From Candidatus Nanopusillus sp. (GTDB taxonomy: Archaea; Nanobdellota; Nanobdellia; Nanobdellales; Nanobdellaceae), in the NCBI GenBank assembly GCA_028275775.1, contig JAPWTZ010000001.1:30001-62000 (forward strand): 32,000 bases of DNA, given 5' to 3'. Numbering within the stretch: the stretch's first letter is position 1; every line of letters starts with the position of its first letter. Positions 1-9,302 of this stretch are shown here, one piece after another. The position numbers were made by a program, and so were the translations under genes. The notes under the pieces are model-generated. The model ran no database searches. It was given only the letters and a program-made list of their open reading frames with translations, and was not told where the DNA came from.

Positions 1-343
1 AATAAGATAAAAAATATGTATAATTATTAGAAATATTTTCATATATTTTGCTTTCAATATACTTGTAAAATAGGTATGGAACTCCTCCTACAAGATATAT
101 AACTATTATTAATATTGAAAATGTTATATAATTTTCATATAATTTAAATATTATCCCAAATATTCCAATAATTGCTGCAAATAAAATAGATATATATAGT
201 ATAAACCTATCTTCCTTGATATACGAACCAAAAACATTTATTTCTTTATAATGCAATGGATCCTTTACATTAAAAATTTGATCTATAAATCTTTCAATTA
301 ATCCCCTTTGATTTACTCTTTTATTATATGTATTAACTATCAT
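1..343 (-). CDS. Partial membrane protein (C-terminus beyond window edge), probable single-domain FlaJ/TadC-like (T2SS-F family) paralogue
   Basis: Not in the ORF track. My minus-strand translation from the ATG at 343..341 stays open to position 1: MIVNTYNKRVNQRGLIERFIDQIFNVKDPLHYKEINVFGSYIKEDRFILYISILFAAIIGIFGIIFKLYENYITFSILIIVIYLVGGVPYLFYKYIESKIYENISNNYTYFLSY. The layout matches the N-terminus of the 361..1227 protein: short head, two TM helices, then KY-x-E/S-x-K...N-x-x-Y-x-x-x-Y entering the T2SS-F domain. Confidence 0.45.
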   Translation of the reverse strand, partial: MIVNTYNKRVNQRGLIERFIDQIFNVKDPLHYKEINVFGSYIKEDRFILYISILFAAIIGIFGIIFKLYENYITFSILIIVIYLVGGVPYLFYKYIESKIYENISNNYTYFLSY

Positions 344-360
344 TATACTTTTAATTTTGG

Positions 361-1227
361 ATGTCAATATTTAAATATATGGCTAGTATACTTGATCAAT
401 TTTTTAGTGGTATAGAAAAAGATTTATTAGCAATTAATTCTAAAGAAGATCCTTCTAAGTATATATATAAAGCTAAAATATATTCAATAGGAATATCTAT
501 ATCTATATCAATATTAACATTTTTTTCTCTTTTAATATATAATATAAAAGTATATGGATCTTTTAATCCAATTTTTCCATTAATATTTGGAATACTTACT
601 GGTATCCTAGGACTCTTTGGATCTTTATTTTTATTTAAGAAATATCCATCAATAGAAAAACAGAATAGAGCCAGAAAAATAGATAATTCTCTATATTATG
701 CAGTGCTATATATGGCTTCTTTAGTTTCTTCTGGTGCAACTCCAAAAGCATTATTTGAATTATTATCAAAATATAGTGAATTTTCAGAAATAAAAAAAGA
801 AGCATCTGAAATAATATACTTAATAGATACTGTAGGATTATCATTACCATTAGCATTAGAAAGAAAAGCAGAATATTCTCCGTCAAAGAAATGGGCTTCA
901 ATATTAAATGGAATGAGATCTATAATAGTTGAAGGTGGAAATCTTGAAGAATATTTATATAATGAAGCTGAGAAATTATTTGATGAATATAAAAGAAAAA
1001 TAATAGAATATTCAAATAATATGCAAGTATTTTTAGAAATATATATTACATTAATAATTGTTGGGGTTATATTTGTAATTATATTAACTACATTAATGGG
1101 ATCTATTTCTGGAACAAACTTTCAATATATAGAATTTCTACAACTAATGAGTATATTAATAATATTACCAATGGGTACAGTTATGTTTATTATATTATTA
1201 AAATCGCTTAGCCCATTTGAAACATAG
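361..1227 (+). CDS. FlaJ/TadC-like type IV filament platform protein with a single T2SS-F domain
   Basis: ORF track. T2SS-F/FlaJ-type domain NSLYYAVLYMASLVSSGATPKALFELLSKYSEFSEIKKEASEIIYLIDTVGLSLPLALERKAEYSPSKKWASILNGMRSIIVEGGNLEEYL, flanked by N- and C-terminal TM helices. About half the length of a canonical two-domain archaeal FlaJ. Confidence 0.75.
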   Translation: MSIFKYMASILDQFFSGIEKDLLAINSKEDPSKYIYKAKIYSIGISISISILTFFSLLIYNIKVYGSFNPIFPLIFGILTGILGLFGSLFLFKKYPSIEKQNRARKIDNSLYYAVLYMASLVSSGATPKALFELLSKYSEFSEIKKEASEIIYLIDTVGLSLPLALERKAEYSPSKKWASILNGMRSIIVEGGNLEEYLYNEAEKLFDEYKRKIIEYSNNMQVFLEIYITLIIVGVIFVIILTTLMGSISGTNFQYIEFLQLMSILIILPMGTVMFIILLKSLSPFET

Positions 1228-1233
1228 TTATTT

Positions 1234-1896
1234 TTATTCTATACTAATATTAAGATTGTATATATTTAAAATATTTTGAACTAATTGATTATCATTTATT
1301 ACTTTAATTTCTCCATTTTCTAACCCACTTTTAATTATATCTACAAAATTTCCTTTTTCATATTTTAAATAATTCAAAATTTTCTCTGATATTGAATACG
1401 AAAGATAAATTATCAATGTATTATTTATATTATTTATATATGAAATTGGTATATTTGTAATTCCTTTACTAGTAAATACAAAAGCTCCACAAGAGTTATT
1501 TATACATAATATAAATGAATATTGAGGATACATAATATTTAATTTTGTATAATATAATTCATAATTTTCCATGTATAAAGAATTATTTAATAAATAACTA
1601 TCTACCTTATTAATAAATTCTATAGAAGTATTTGGATTACTAAAATTAAGATTTTTTGGATTAAATACACCATTTATCGACATCTTAATTATATCATAAG
1701 TTGTTAGATTTAGTTCATAATATCCAATTTCAGTCTCATTATCTGAAATATTATAAATATATGGTAATTTAAGAGAATATATTGGATAAAATAGATATCT
1801 ATAGATTATTGATGCAAAGATCATAAAAATTGAAAATATTATCAAAAAAATCAAAATTTTATCTCTAATAGATGACTTCTTCAATATTTCTTTCAT
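1234..1896 (-). CDS. Hypothetical membrane-anchored, sequon-rich protein
   Basis: ORF track. N-terminal TM anchor ILIFLIIFSIFMIFASIIY. The rest is Asn/Tyr/Ile-rich with many N-x-S/T sequons (NET, NLT, NFS, NTS, NNS, NNT). No family recognised. The 5' end overlaps the ndk 3' end by 32 nt. Confidence 0.5.
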   Translation of the reverse strand: MKEILKKSSIRDKILIFLIIFSIFMIFASIIYRYLFYPIYSLKLPYIYNISDNETEIGYYELNLTTYDIIKMSINGVFNPKNLNFSNPNTSIEFINKVDSYLLNNSLYMENYELYYTKLNIMYPQYSFILCINNSCGAFVFTSKGITNIPISYINNINNTLIIYLSYSISEKILNYLKYEKGNFVDIIKSGLENGEIKVINDNQLVQNILNIYNLNISIE

Positions 1897-2458
1897 AATT
1901 ATATATTTCTTCTGGCCTAAATATTATAGATATCTCTCTTTCTGCATCTTTTTCAGTTTCTGATGCATGAACAACATTTCTTAAAACCATCTTATTCCAA
2001 TTTGCATAAGCTATTGATACATGGGCATAATCTCCCCTAATAGTACCTGGTGGGGCTTTTAGTGGTTCTGTAGGTCCAACCAATTTTCTAACTTCTTCTA
2101 CACAATTAACACCTTCTAATACAATAGCAACTACTGGACCTGATGTTATAAAATCTATCAACCATTCTCTTATTATACTTCCAATTTTCTTTGGGTCATC
2201 AGTTCCAAATTCTTTTACAGGATCCAGTCCCATTTCTTTATATCTTGCTATTGTCTTATTTCCAACATTTTCCAACCATTTTTCATCAGCATAATAGAAT
2301 TTTTCTGCTTGTTCTCTTGTTAATTTTATCATCTTTAATCCCATAATTTTTAAACCAGCTCTTTCAAATCTAGATATTATTTCTCCAATAATTCCCCTTT
2401 TAACACTATCTGGCTTTAATACTACCAAAGTCTTTTGTATTAGATGTTTTCCATTCAT
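1865..2458 (-). CDS. ndk: Nucleoside diphosphate kinase
   Basis: LVVLKPDSVKRGIIGEIISRFERAGLKIMGLKM, GTIRGDYA, and the catalytic His context NVVHASE. Longer than a minimal Ndk because of an internal insertion. Its ATG overlaps the rpl24e stop (ATGA at 2455..2458). Confidence 0.9.
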   Translation of the reverse strand: MNGKHLIQKTLVVLKPDSVKRGIIGEIISRFERAGLKIMGLKMIKLTREQAEKFYYADEKWLENVGNKTIARYKEMGLDPVKEFGTDDPKKIGSIIREWLIDFITSGPVVAIVLEGVNCVEEVRKLVGPTEPLKAPPGTIRGDYAHVSIAYANWNKMVLRNVVHASETEKDAEREISIIFRPEEIYNYERNIEEVIY

Positions 2459-2634
2459 ACTTTATTATAAAAGGCTGTCCATTTTAGCTTTTTATTATCT
2501 CTCTTCATTTCCCAGTTTCTAATACATTTTCTTGAACAAAAATACAAAATAGTACCATTATTTAATGCATATATAATTCCAGTACCCGGTTCTATTTCAC
2601 TTCCACAATATGAACACTTATTTTTAACAACCAT
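2455..2634 (-). CDS. rpl24e: Ribosomal protein eL24 (L24e)
   Basis: Not in the ORF track (59 aa). My translation: MVVKNKCSYCGSEIEPGTGIIYALNNGTILYFCSRKCIRNWEMKRDNKKLKWTAFYNKV. It has the CxxC...CxxxC zinc-ribbon signature of eL24 and sits in the conserved archaeal rps28e-rpl24e-ndk order. Confidence 0.85.
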   Translation of the reverse strand: MVVKNKCSYCGSEIEPGTGIIYALNNGTILYFCSRKCIRNWEMKRDNKKLKWTAFYNKV

Positions 2635-2636
2635 CT

Positions 2637-2930
2637 TTAATCTTTCTTTTCAATTGGCATAGCCGATATTTCTGTTTCCCTTAATAATATTATATCTCCT
2701 TTTCTAACAGGTCCTATTACATTTCTTCTAAGTATTTTTCCAGAATCTGGACCATCAAGTACTCTTACAATAACATGCGTAGCCTCCCCCCTCATACCTG
2801 TTCTTCCAACGACATCTAATACTTCTGCTTTGTATCCCTTAGTCCATGTTACAATATTTTCTTTTACAACATTTTCTTCAGCATTTCTTATACCTTCTTC
2901 ACCTACTTTTGATACAACTTTTTTAGGCAT
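2637..2930 (-). CDS. rps28e: Ribosomal protein eS28 (S28e) with an N-terminal extension of about 25 aa
   Basis: Core AEVLDVVGRTGMRGEATHVIVRVLDGPDSGKILRRNVIGPVRKGDIILLRETE is the eS28 signature. There is no in-frame Met between the annotated start and the conserved core. Confidence 0.9.
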   Translation of the reverse strand: MPKKVVSKVGEEGIRNAEENVVKENIVTWTKGYKAEVLDVVGRTGMRGEATHVIVRVLDGPDSGKILRRNVIGPVRKGDIILLRETEISAMPIEKKD

Positions 2931-2982
2931 ATTGTAAGTAATTGAAAAATAATTTTTAAATCTTTTATTAAAATATGTAAAA

Positions 2983-5900
2983 ATGACATCTGAAAGTTCT
3001 AATTTAAATAATAATAATCAGGAAACAAAAGTTAATAGATTAAGAAAAATATTCTCATGGAATATACTAATAGATGTATTATTAATTATATTTATATTCT
3101 TATTTACTTTAGGATCAAAAGGTTTATTAATGAATTTCTTAGGAAATTTTTCTTTAGTAGGACCAGATGCATATTTAATGTTTAAATATTTTGAATCTTT
3201 AGTATTTAATCATACAGTAAATAGTTTTACATATAATTTAGATTATCCATTACCATTTTACTTATATAATAAAGATCTTGTATCATATTTAGCATTTTTA
3301 TCTTATTTAATGTTCCAGAACTCTGGTAATCAAATTATTACATTATTAAATATTTTACAAATACATCCAGCATCAAATATTATATTATGGTTAGCAGCAG
3401 ACTTTACAAATGCATATGTACCAGCAATTGCATCAATTATATTTTATTTCTTAGCAAAGAATATATTCAAAGATAAATATTTGGCACTTTTCTCTTCTAT
3501 GATTTTTGCAATAAATCCATTTTTAACAACAAGATTAATTTTATTTGATACAGAATTAGGGGCAATTATTTTCCTAGTATTATCTTTCTATCTTATAATT
3601 AAATACTTTAATGCAAAACCTGAGAATAATAGATACAAAAAGTTATTCTTAATTCTTTATTCAATTATTAGCTTGATAATATTTTATAAAACATCTTTAT
3701 TACCAAATCCCGATGTATATTTAACAATTGAATTATTTTTATTTTTCTTTGTCTTACTATTGTTATATCCAATATTCAAAGGTTCAAGAGCATATTATTT
3801 AACATTATTAATATTTACTACTGCATTAACTAGAAAAGGATGGGGTGGATGGATAATAATACCAATTGTATTTGGTTTAACATTATTAATTAGATACTTT
3901 TATGATAGAGATTATAAAGATATATATTTTTACTTACCATATATTGGATTTACAGGAATACTGGATAACTTATTAACACCCGGGGTTTTAGGAATTAATT
4001 TATTCTTAAGTTATCATAATCTATTTTTAGAACTTTCAATGATCTTAATATTTTTATATGAAACATTAAAAGATAATAAAATATTAGAAAAAATTATTGA
4101 AAATAGAGCATATCTATTAATATTATCTATTTTATCTGGATTAATTCCAGGAATACCTATATTCATTATAAATAAATATATTAAAGATAATAAACTACTA
4201 AAGAAATATATAATTTTTCTAATAATCTTAATTATATCTTTACCATTTTTAATTGATAAATTAATTACATCCTTCTTATATAATCCATTTACATATGCTA
4301 GAATGGGCTCTACAATTGCAGAATTTCAGCCAACCACTGCAGGATATTATTTAAGTTTGTTTGGACAAATAGGAGTAATATTAACTTATTTAGGTTTGGG
4401 ATATTTAATATTTGATAAAAATAAATCTAAAAATCTTTTAATATCTCAATTTCTATTTATATTTATATTAACTATATCAGAATTACTCATTGGTCCATCC
4501 ATGTACATTTTAATACTTTATTTATTAATATATTCCGTATTTATAACATCATATAATAAAGAAAACAATAAATATGATTTAATAAAAACAATATTTGAAA
4601 CATTCATGTTATCAATTGCCATTCAATTTATAGTATTTTCAGATTTAGTAATTAGTGGAATATATATAAGTATATTTATATCTTGGATTACTTTTTTAAT
4701 TTTAGTAATCTATATTTCTTTATTTAATAGAAATCTAACTGATGAAGAGATATTTGTATTATCATTATCATTTATAGCACTTATTGTAGGAAAATATATA
4801 TATGAATTGGTTTATTATAATGGTTTAGCTTTTCCATTATTATATATATTTGGCATAGAAATATTTAATTTATTTAAAGATGAATTTTCCAAATTAAAGA
4901 ATATTATAAAAGAAAATTTAATATTAATATTATTATTAATTTCATCTCTTTCTGGAATATCTCTATTTATATCAACAAATATATTCCTTTTCTTAATTCC
5001 ACTGATATTTTTAGCAATATATATTTCATATGAATATATATTAGATAAACATTTAGAACTATTTAATCTATTTAAATATAGTTTAATTTTATTTACAATA
5101 TTTGGTCTTTTATTTTCTACAAGCAATAAAATTTATGGATATCCTGGATATATAATAAACTATTTTTCAAGTGCTGGTCAATATGGAACTCCAAATTATG
5201 AAATAAATACTTTCTTATGGATAAGTCAAAATACTCCACAAAATTCTATTATAAATTCTTGGTGGGATTATGGATATTACATTTATGTATTAGGAAATAG
5301 AACTGCATGGATAAATGGTGCAAATGCATATCCATATTGGAATCATTTAATGGGTAGATATGGTTTATCTTCAGATAATATAACACAAACATTACAATTA
5401 TTCTATGTGCATGCAGATTATAATTACCAAACATTTAAAACATTAGAATTATTTAATGAAAATTCTATATTTTATAATTATTTGTATAAATATTTAGGAT
5501 TCAATAAAAATGAAGTAAATGAAATTGAAAAATTAAAAGATTCCTTAGGATATAAAAATTGGATAAATCTATTATATCAATTTAATGGATCTCTAGAATC
5601 AATTGCTTCATATAATTTATCCCAACAAGATATGGAATTACTAGAAAAATTATATAATATGAATTATTTAAAACCAGCATATTTATATATAGATCCTACA
5701 GATATAGGAAAATCCTTTGCTTTCCAATTTTTAGGATCAAATGAAAGTTATGATAAAGAATCATGGATATCTCAATTTGCATCTGGAACAACAATAAATC
5801 CAGGACCAACAATTCCTTCAATATATTATGATGGATATTATATATTTGCAACAAATAATAGTTTATTCTACTTTGGTCAAGAACCATTAGATCAAGATTT

Positions 5901-6561
5901 AAATATTAATGGAACTATAATAGATAGGTGTATATACGTACAAAACTTGGGTATAATTAACCAAAATAGTTGCGGGATAATAACTGGAGTTCAATTATTA
6001 TTTAATCAATCTATAGTAGAAAGATCTGGAATATATCAAACATTAAATATAGATAATATTAATCCAGATAATTTAATAGGAGCATATGTATATATTTATG
6101 ATCCATTAAATAATCAACAATATGTACTCTCATTAAAATATGTGGATATAGATGGACAATTAGTTACATTTAACAATTCTCAATATGGCGGATTACTATA
6201 TATAACTCCATATTATTCACTATTACAGCAAAACAATCCATTAGGATTATTCTTATATGCATATTTTATATCACAAAAAGCTACCCAATATGATTGGGTA
6301 CAATTATATTTCTTAAATAACAATTATAATGGAACATTTGATCTTGTATTTTATTCAAATTTATTATATGGTCTTCCGCCAATAATATATTATGATATTC
6401 CTCCAGCAAAGGTATGGAAAATTAATTTCCCAGAGAACTTTACAGTTCCAGATTATTTATATTGTATCTATCTAGCAACAAACATTCAACAAATAAATGA
6501 ATGTGGAAAAATATATAATTTGGCCTATTATGAAAATATGAAAAATTATTATGATGTATAA
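2983..6561 (+). CDS. aglB: Archaeal oligosaccharyltransferase AglB (STT3 family), unusually long at 1192 aa
   Basis: Long multi-TM N-terminal region followed by the WWDYG catalytic motif (NSWWDYGYYI, nt 5260..5274, in frame with the start at 2983). A large soluble C-terminal region follows. Confidence 0.9.
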   Translation: MTSESSNLNNNNQETKVNRLRKIFSWNILIDVLLIIFIFLFTLGSKGLLMNFLGNFSLVGPDAYLMFKYFESLVFNHTVNSFTYNLDYPLPFYLYNKDLVSYLAFLSYLMFQNSGNQIITLLNILQIHPASNIILWLAADFTNAYVPAIASIIFYFLAKNIFKDKYLALFSSMIFAINPFLTTRLILFDTELGAIIFLVLSFYLIIKYFNAKPENNRYKKLFLILYSIISLIIFYKTSLLPNPDVYLTIELFLFFFVLLLLYPIFKGSRAYYLTLLIFTTALTRKGWGGWIIIPIVFGLTLLIRYFYDRDYKDIYFYLPYIGFTGILDNLLTPGVLGINLFLSYHNLFLELSMILIFLYETLKDNKILEKIIENRAYLLILSILSGLIPGIPIFIINKYIKDNKLLKKYIIFLIILIISLPFLIDKLITSFLYNPFTYARMGSTIAEFQPTTAGYYLSLFGQIGVILTYLGLGYLIFDKNKSKNLLISQFLFIFILTISELLIGPSMYILILYLLIYSVFITSYNKENNKYDLIKTIFETFMLSIAIQFIVFSDLVISGIYISIFISWITFLILVIYISLFNRNLTDEEIFVLSLSFIALIVGKYIYELVYYNGLAFPLLYIFGIEIFNLFKDEFSKLKNIIKENLILILLLISSLSGISLFISTNIFLFLIPLIFLAIYISYEYILDKHLELFNLFKYSLILFTIFGLLFSTSNKIYGYPGYIINYFSSAGQYGTPNYEINTFLWISQNTPQNSIINSWWDYGYYIYVLGNRTAWINGANAYPYWNHLMGRYGLSSDNITQTLQLFYVHADYNYQTFKTLELFNENSIFYNYLYKYLGFNKNEVNEIEKLKDSLGYKNWINLLYQFNGSLESIASYNLSQQDMELLEKLYNMNYLKPAYLYIDPTDIGKSFAFQFLGSNESYDKESWISQFASGTTINPGPTIPSIYYDGYYIFATNNSLFYFGQEPLDQDLNINGTIIDRCIYVQNLGIINQNSCGIITGVQLLFNQSIVERSGIYQTLNIDNINPDNLIGAYVYIYDPLNNQQYVLSLKYVDIDGQLVTFNNSQYGGLLYITPYYSLLQQNNPLGLFLYAYFISQKATQYDWVQLYFLNNNYNGTFDLVFYSNLLYGLPPIIYYDIPPAKVWKINFPENFTVPDYLYCIYLATNIQQINECGKIYNLAYYENMKNYYDV

Positions 6562-7561
6562 AGAAATTTTAATTGCTATATTACCATTAATATTATCTTT
6601 TTTTGTTTCATATTATTTAATAAAAAAATGGATACCAATTGCTCATAAAGAAGGATATGTAGGAAAGGATATGAATAAGTATAATAAACCAGAAGTAGCA
6701 GAAATTGGTGGTTTATATGCAATAATTGGTATAATATTTGGAATATTATTATATATTGGATTAAAAGTATATATATTAGGAACTACACAGGATTTGGTAG
6801 AAGTATTTTCTATATTAACATTATTATCATTAACTACAATATTAGGATTATTTGATGATATATTAGGATGGAAAAAAGGATTAAAACCTCTACAAAAAGT
6901 ATTTTTATCATTTATATTGGCATTACCATTGATGATAATATCTGCAGGTAATTCATATATTAATTTACCATTTATTGGAGAAGTAAATTTTGGAATATTA
7001 TATCCACTATTAATAGTACCGATTGTAATAATGGGCACATCTAATGCATTTAATATGATTGCAGGATATAATGGTCTAGAGGGATCTATGGGTATTTTAT
7101 TAATTGGCGCAATTGGATTAGAATCATATTTAACTGGTAATTATTATTTAACAGAAATATCATTAATAACAATATTTTCAATAATAGCATTTCTAATATT
7201 TAATTGGTATCCATCAAAAGTATTTCCAGGAAATGCATTTACATATGGTATCGGATCTCTATTTGGTGCAATAGTAATATTAGGAAACCTTGAGAAATTT
7301 GGACTAATTTTATTTACATTATATTTCTTGGAATTAATATTATTTATAAGAGGACTATTAAATCATGTATATAAAGAAAACTTTGGAATACCTGATGAAA
7401 ATAATAATCTAAAAGAACCATATGATAAAATATATAGCGTTACCCATCTTGCAATTAGAATAAATAGAAAAATATTTAAGAAAGCAACAGAGAAAATGGT
7501 AGTATATACAATAATTTTATTACAAATAATAATAACAATAATTGCTTTTTTATATGGATAA
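6551..7561 (+). CDS. Polyprenyl(dolichyl)-phosphate HexNAc-1-phosphate transferase, GT4 / MraY-WecA-Alg7 family (AglH-like)
   Basis: Motifs LGLFDDILGWKKGL and NAFNMIAGYNGLEG in a protein of about 10 TM helices. The start overlaps the aglB end by 11 nt. Confidence 0.85.
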   Translation: MMYKEILIAILPLILSFFVSYYLIKKWIPIAHKEGYVGKDMNKYNKPEVAEIGGLYAIIGIIFGILLYIGLKVYILGTTQDLVEVFSILTLLSLTTILGLFDDILGWKKGLKPLQKVFLSFILALPLMIISAGNSYINLPFIGEVNFGILYPLLIVPIVIMGTSNAFNMIAGYNGLEGSMGILLIGAIGLESYLTGNYYLTEISLITIFSIIAFLIFNWYPSKVFPGNAFTYGIGSLFGAIVILGNLEKFGLILFTLYFLELILFIRGLLNHVYKENFGIPDENNNLKEPYDKIYSVTHLAIRINRKIFKKATEKMVVYTIILLQIIITIIAFLYG

Positions 7562-9302
7562 TTTAATTTATATCTTTTTTAATAAAGATACAAAAAAATT
7601 AGCTTATAATATTAAAATATTATATAATTTTTGCCAAAAAAACAATTTAAATCTAATTTGTATAACTTATAAAAAATACAAAGATATAGCAATGAAAATA
7701 AAAGAAAAATATGATTTAACATTTTATTTATTAGATAATAAAAAAGACATTAGAAAATTAAAAATTGAAGGAAATAATATAATAATATACAATAATATAA
7801 ATAAAAATATATATGATATATATGGAAAAAAGAAATTTAAAGATAATTTTATTGGTCTAATAAGAGAGAATTTCATAATTTTTCATTTAATAAATCCATA
7901 TATAATATTTGGAAAAAACATCAAAATATATGAAAATTTTTTATTAACATATTTTGGAAGTAAAAAATTCTATATAGATGAGAAATATAAAATTAACAAA
8001 TTCTTCTTAGAAGAATTATTTATTAATTTGATAATATATTATGATAAAACAATTAAAATTTTTAATAAGATATTGAATTTAAAATATTTTAAGGATTATA
8101 TACATGAAAAAATAGGATTAATAACATACAAAGCTATTACTTTTTTATTATTGGTAATTTTAGCTAGAATATTAACAGACGCATTTTATGGAGCATATGT
8201 ATCAATATATAATTTTTTAGGATTAATTGCTGGAATAATAGGATCTTCAAATATAATATTAACAAAATATCTATCAGAATATAAAGATAACAAATATATT
8301 AAAATAGATATATATCTAAAAATTATTTTTTCAATATTTATTCTTTTAATTATCTTCCTATTTCCCAGCTATTTCTTATCTACAACTTTCTATGGATATA
8401 GTTTTTCAGATATATTAATTATATACATAACTGCAATATTATTATCTTTAATTGGAGTTTATTTTTCTATATTTTATTCACAATTAAATATAAAATCTGT
8501 TAAAAATCTATATATATTAGAGTCTTTACTTAAATTTATTTTCATAGTTTCTTTATCAATTATAATAAAGAATGCTGGCTTTATATTTGGTTTGTTTTTA
8601 ACTTATTTTATTTTAAGTTTTGTTTATCTATATAAATTAAAGAAAAGTAATATTAATTTCATATCAATATTAAGAGAAAAAATTAATTTTAATGATTTTA
8701 AAAAATATATAAAATCTACTATTCTTATTAGTCTACCAATAACTTTATTAGGTTTATACTCTTCTATAGACATACAAATATTAAGGACATTCACAAATTA
8801 TACTACAGTTGGGGAATTCTATTCAGCATTGGTAATTGTATATACATTATCTGGAATATTTACTATAAATAATATAACATTACCTAGAATATTAAAATGG
8901 GAGAAAGAAAGAGTTATTAGAATAATAAATAAATTATTATTAATACAACTTCTAATTAATATAATATTAACTGGATTGATTATATTGATTGGACCTTGTG
9001 TAATACTATTTATCTTCGGAAAAAATTACCAATTATCAGCAAATATAATAAAATATCTCTCAATTATTTTAATAATAAATTCACTTAATGTATATAACTT
9101 AATATTATATAGAAAAGATATGGAAAAATATTATCCAATATATGCAATAACAACTGCCCTACTTTCAATAATTACTGATATTATATTAATATCAAATTTC
9201 AAATTATATGGAGCAATTGCTTCAGCAATATTGGCAAATGTATATATTGGATTAATAAGTTATATTATATATGAAACAAAATTCCATAATATCCCTTCCT
9301 GA
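7542..9302 (+). CDS. Probable oligosaccharide flippase (Wzx/RfbX-like, MOP superfamily) with a non-membrane N-terminal extension of about 190 aa
   Basis: The C-terminal ~400 aa form 10-12 predicted TM helices in a Wzx-like layout. The gene lies next to aglB and the GT4 gene. The call rests on topology and context, not on a strong motif. Confidence 0.55.
   Translation: MLFYMDNLIYIFFNKDTKKLAYNIKILYNFCQKNNLNLICITYKKYKDIAMKIKEKYDLTFYLLDNKKDIRKLKIEGNNIIIYNNINKNIYDIYGKKKFKDNFIGLIRENFIIFHLINPYIIFGKNIKIYENFLLTYFGSKKFYIDEKYKINKFFLEELFINLIIYYDKTIKIFNKILNLKYFKDYIHEKIGLITYKAITFLLLVILARILTDAFYGAYVSIYNFLGLIAGIIGSSNIILTKYLSEYKDNKYIKIDIYLKIIFSIFILLIIFLFPSYFLSTTFYGYSFSDILIIYITAILLSLIGVYFSIFYSQLNIKSVKNLYILESLLKFIFIVSLSIIIKNAGFIFGLFLTYFILSFVYLYKLKKSNINFISILREKINFNDFKKYIKSTILISLPITLLGLYSSIDIQILRTFTNYTTVGEFYSALVIVYTLSGIFTINNITLPRILKWEKERVIRIINKLLLIQLLINIILTGLIILIGPCVILFIFGKNYQLSANIIKYLSIILIINSLNVYNLILYRKDMEKYYPIYAITTALLSIITDIILISNFKLYGAIASAILANVYIGLISYIIYETKFHNIPS

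Noticed and set aside
635-901. Antisense or shadow ORFs in the supplied track: 635..901, 4815..5126, 5249..5434, 5696..5887, 6643..7038, 11341..11550, 11435..11677, 18798..19061, 19388..19666, 19614..19814, 22421..22759, 25243..25470, 28078..28443, 30218..30448 and 31086..31466.
   Set aside because: Almost all lie entirely inside, and opposite to, ORFs with strong family motifs or a coherent composition; 28078..28443 only spans the 27038..28096/pelota boundary and 30218..30448 starts 19 nt upstream of its sense ORF. Their translations are low-complexity Ile/Leu/Phe/Ser/Asn strings of the kind produced by reading AT-rich coding DNA backwards. None has a recognisable motif.
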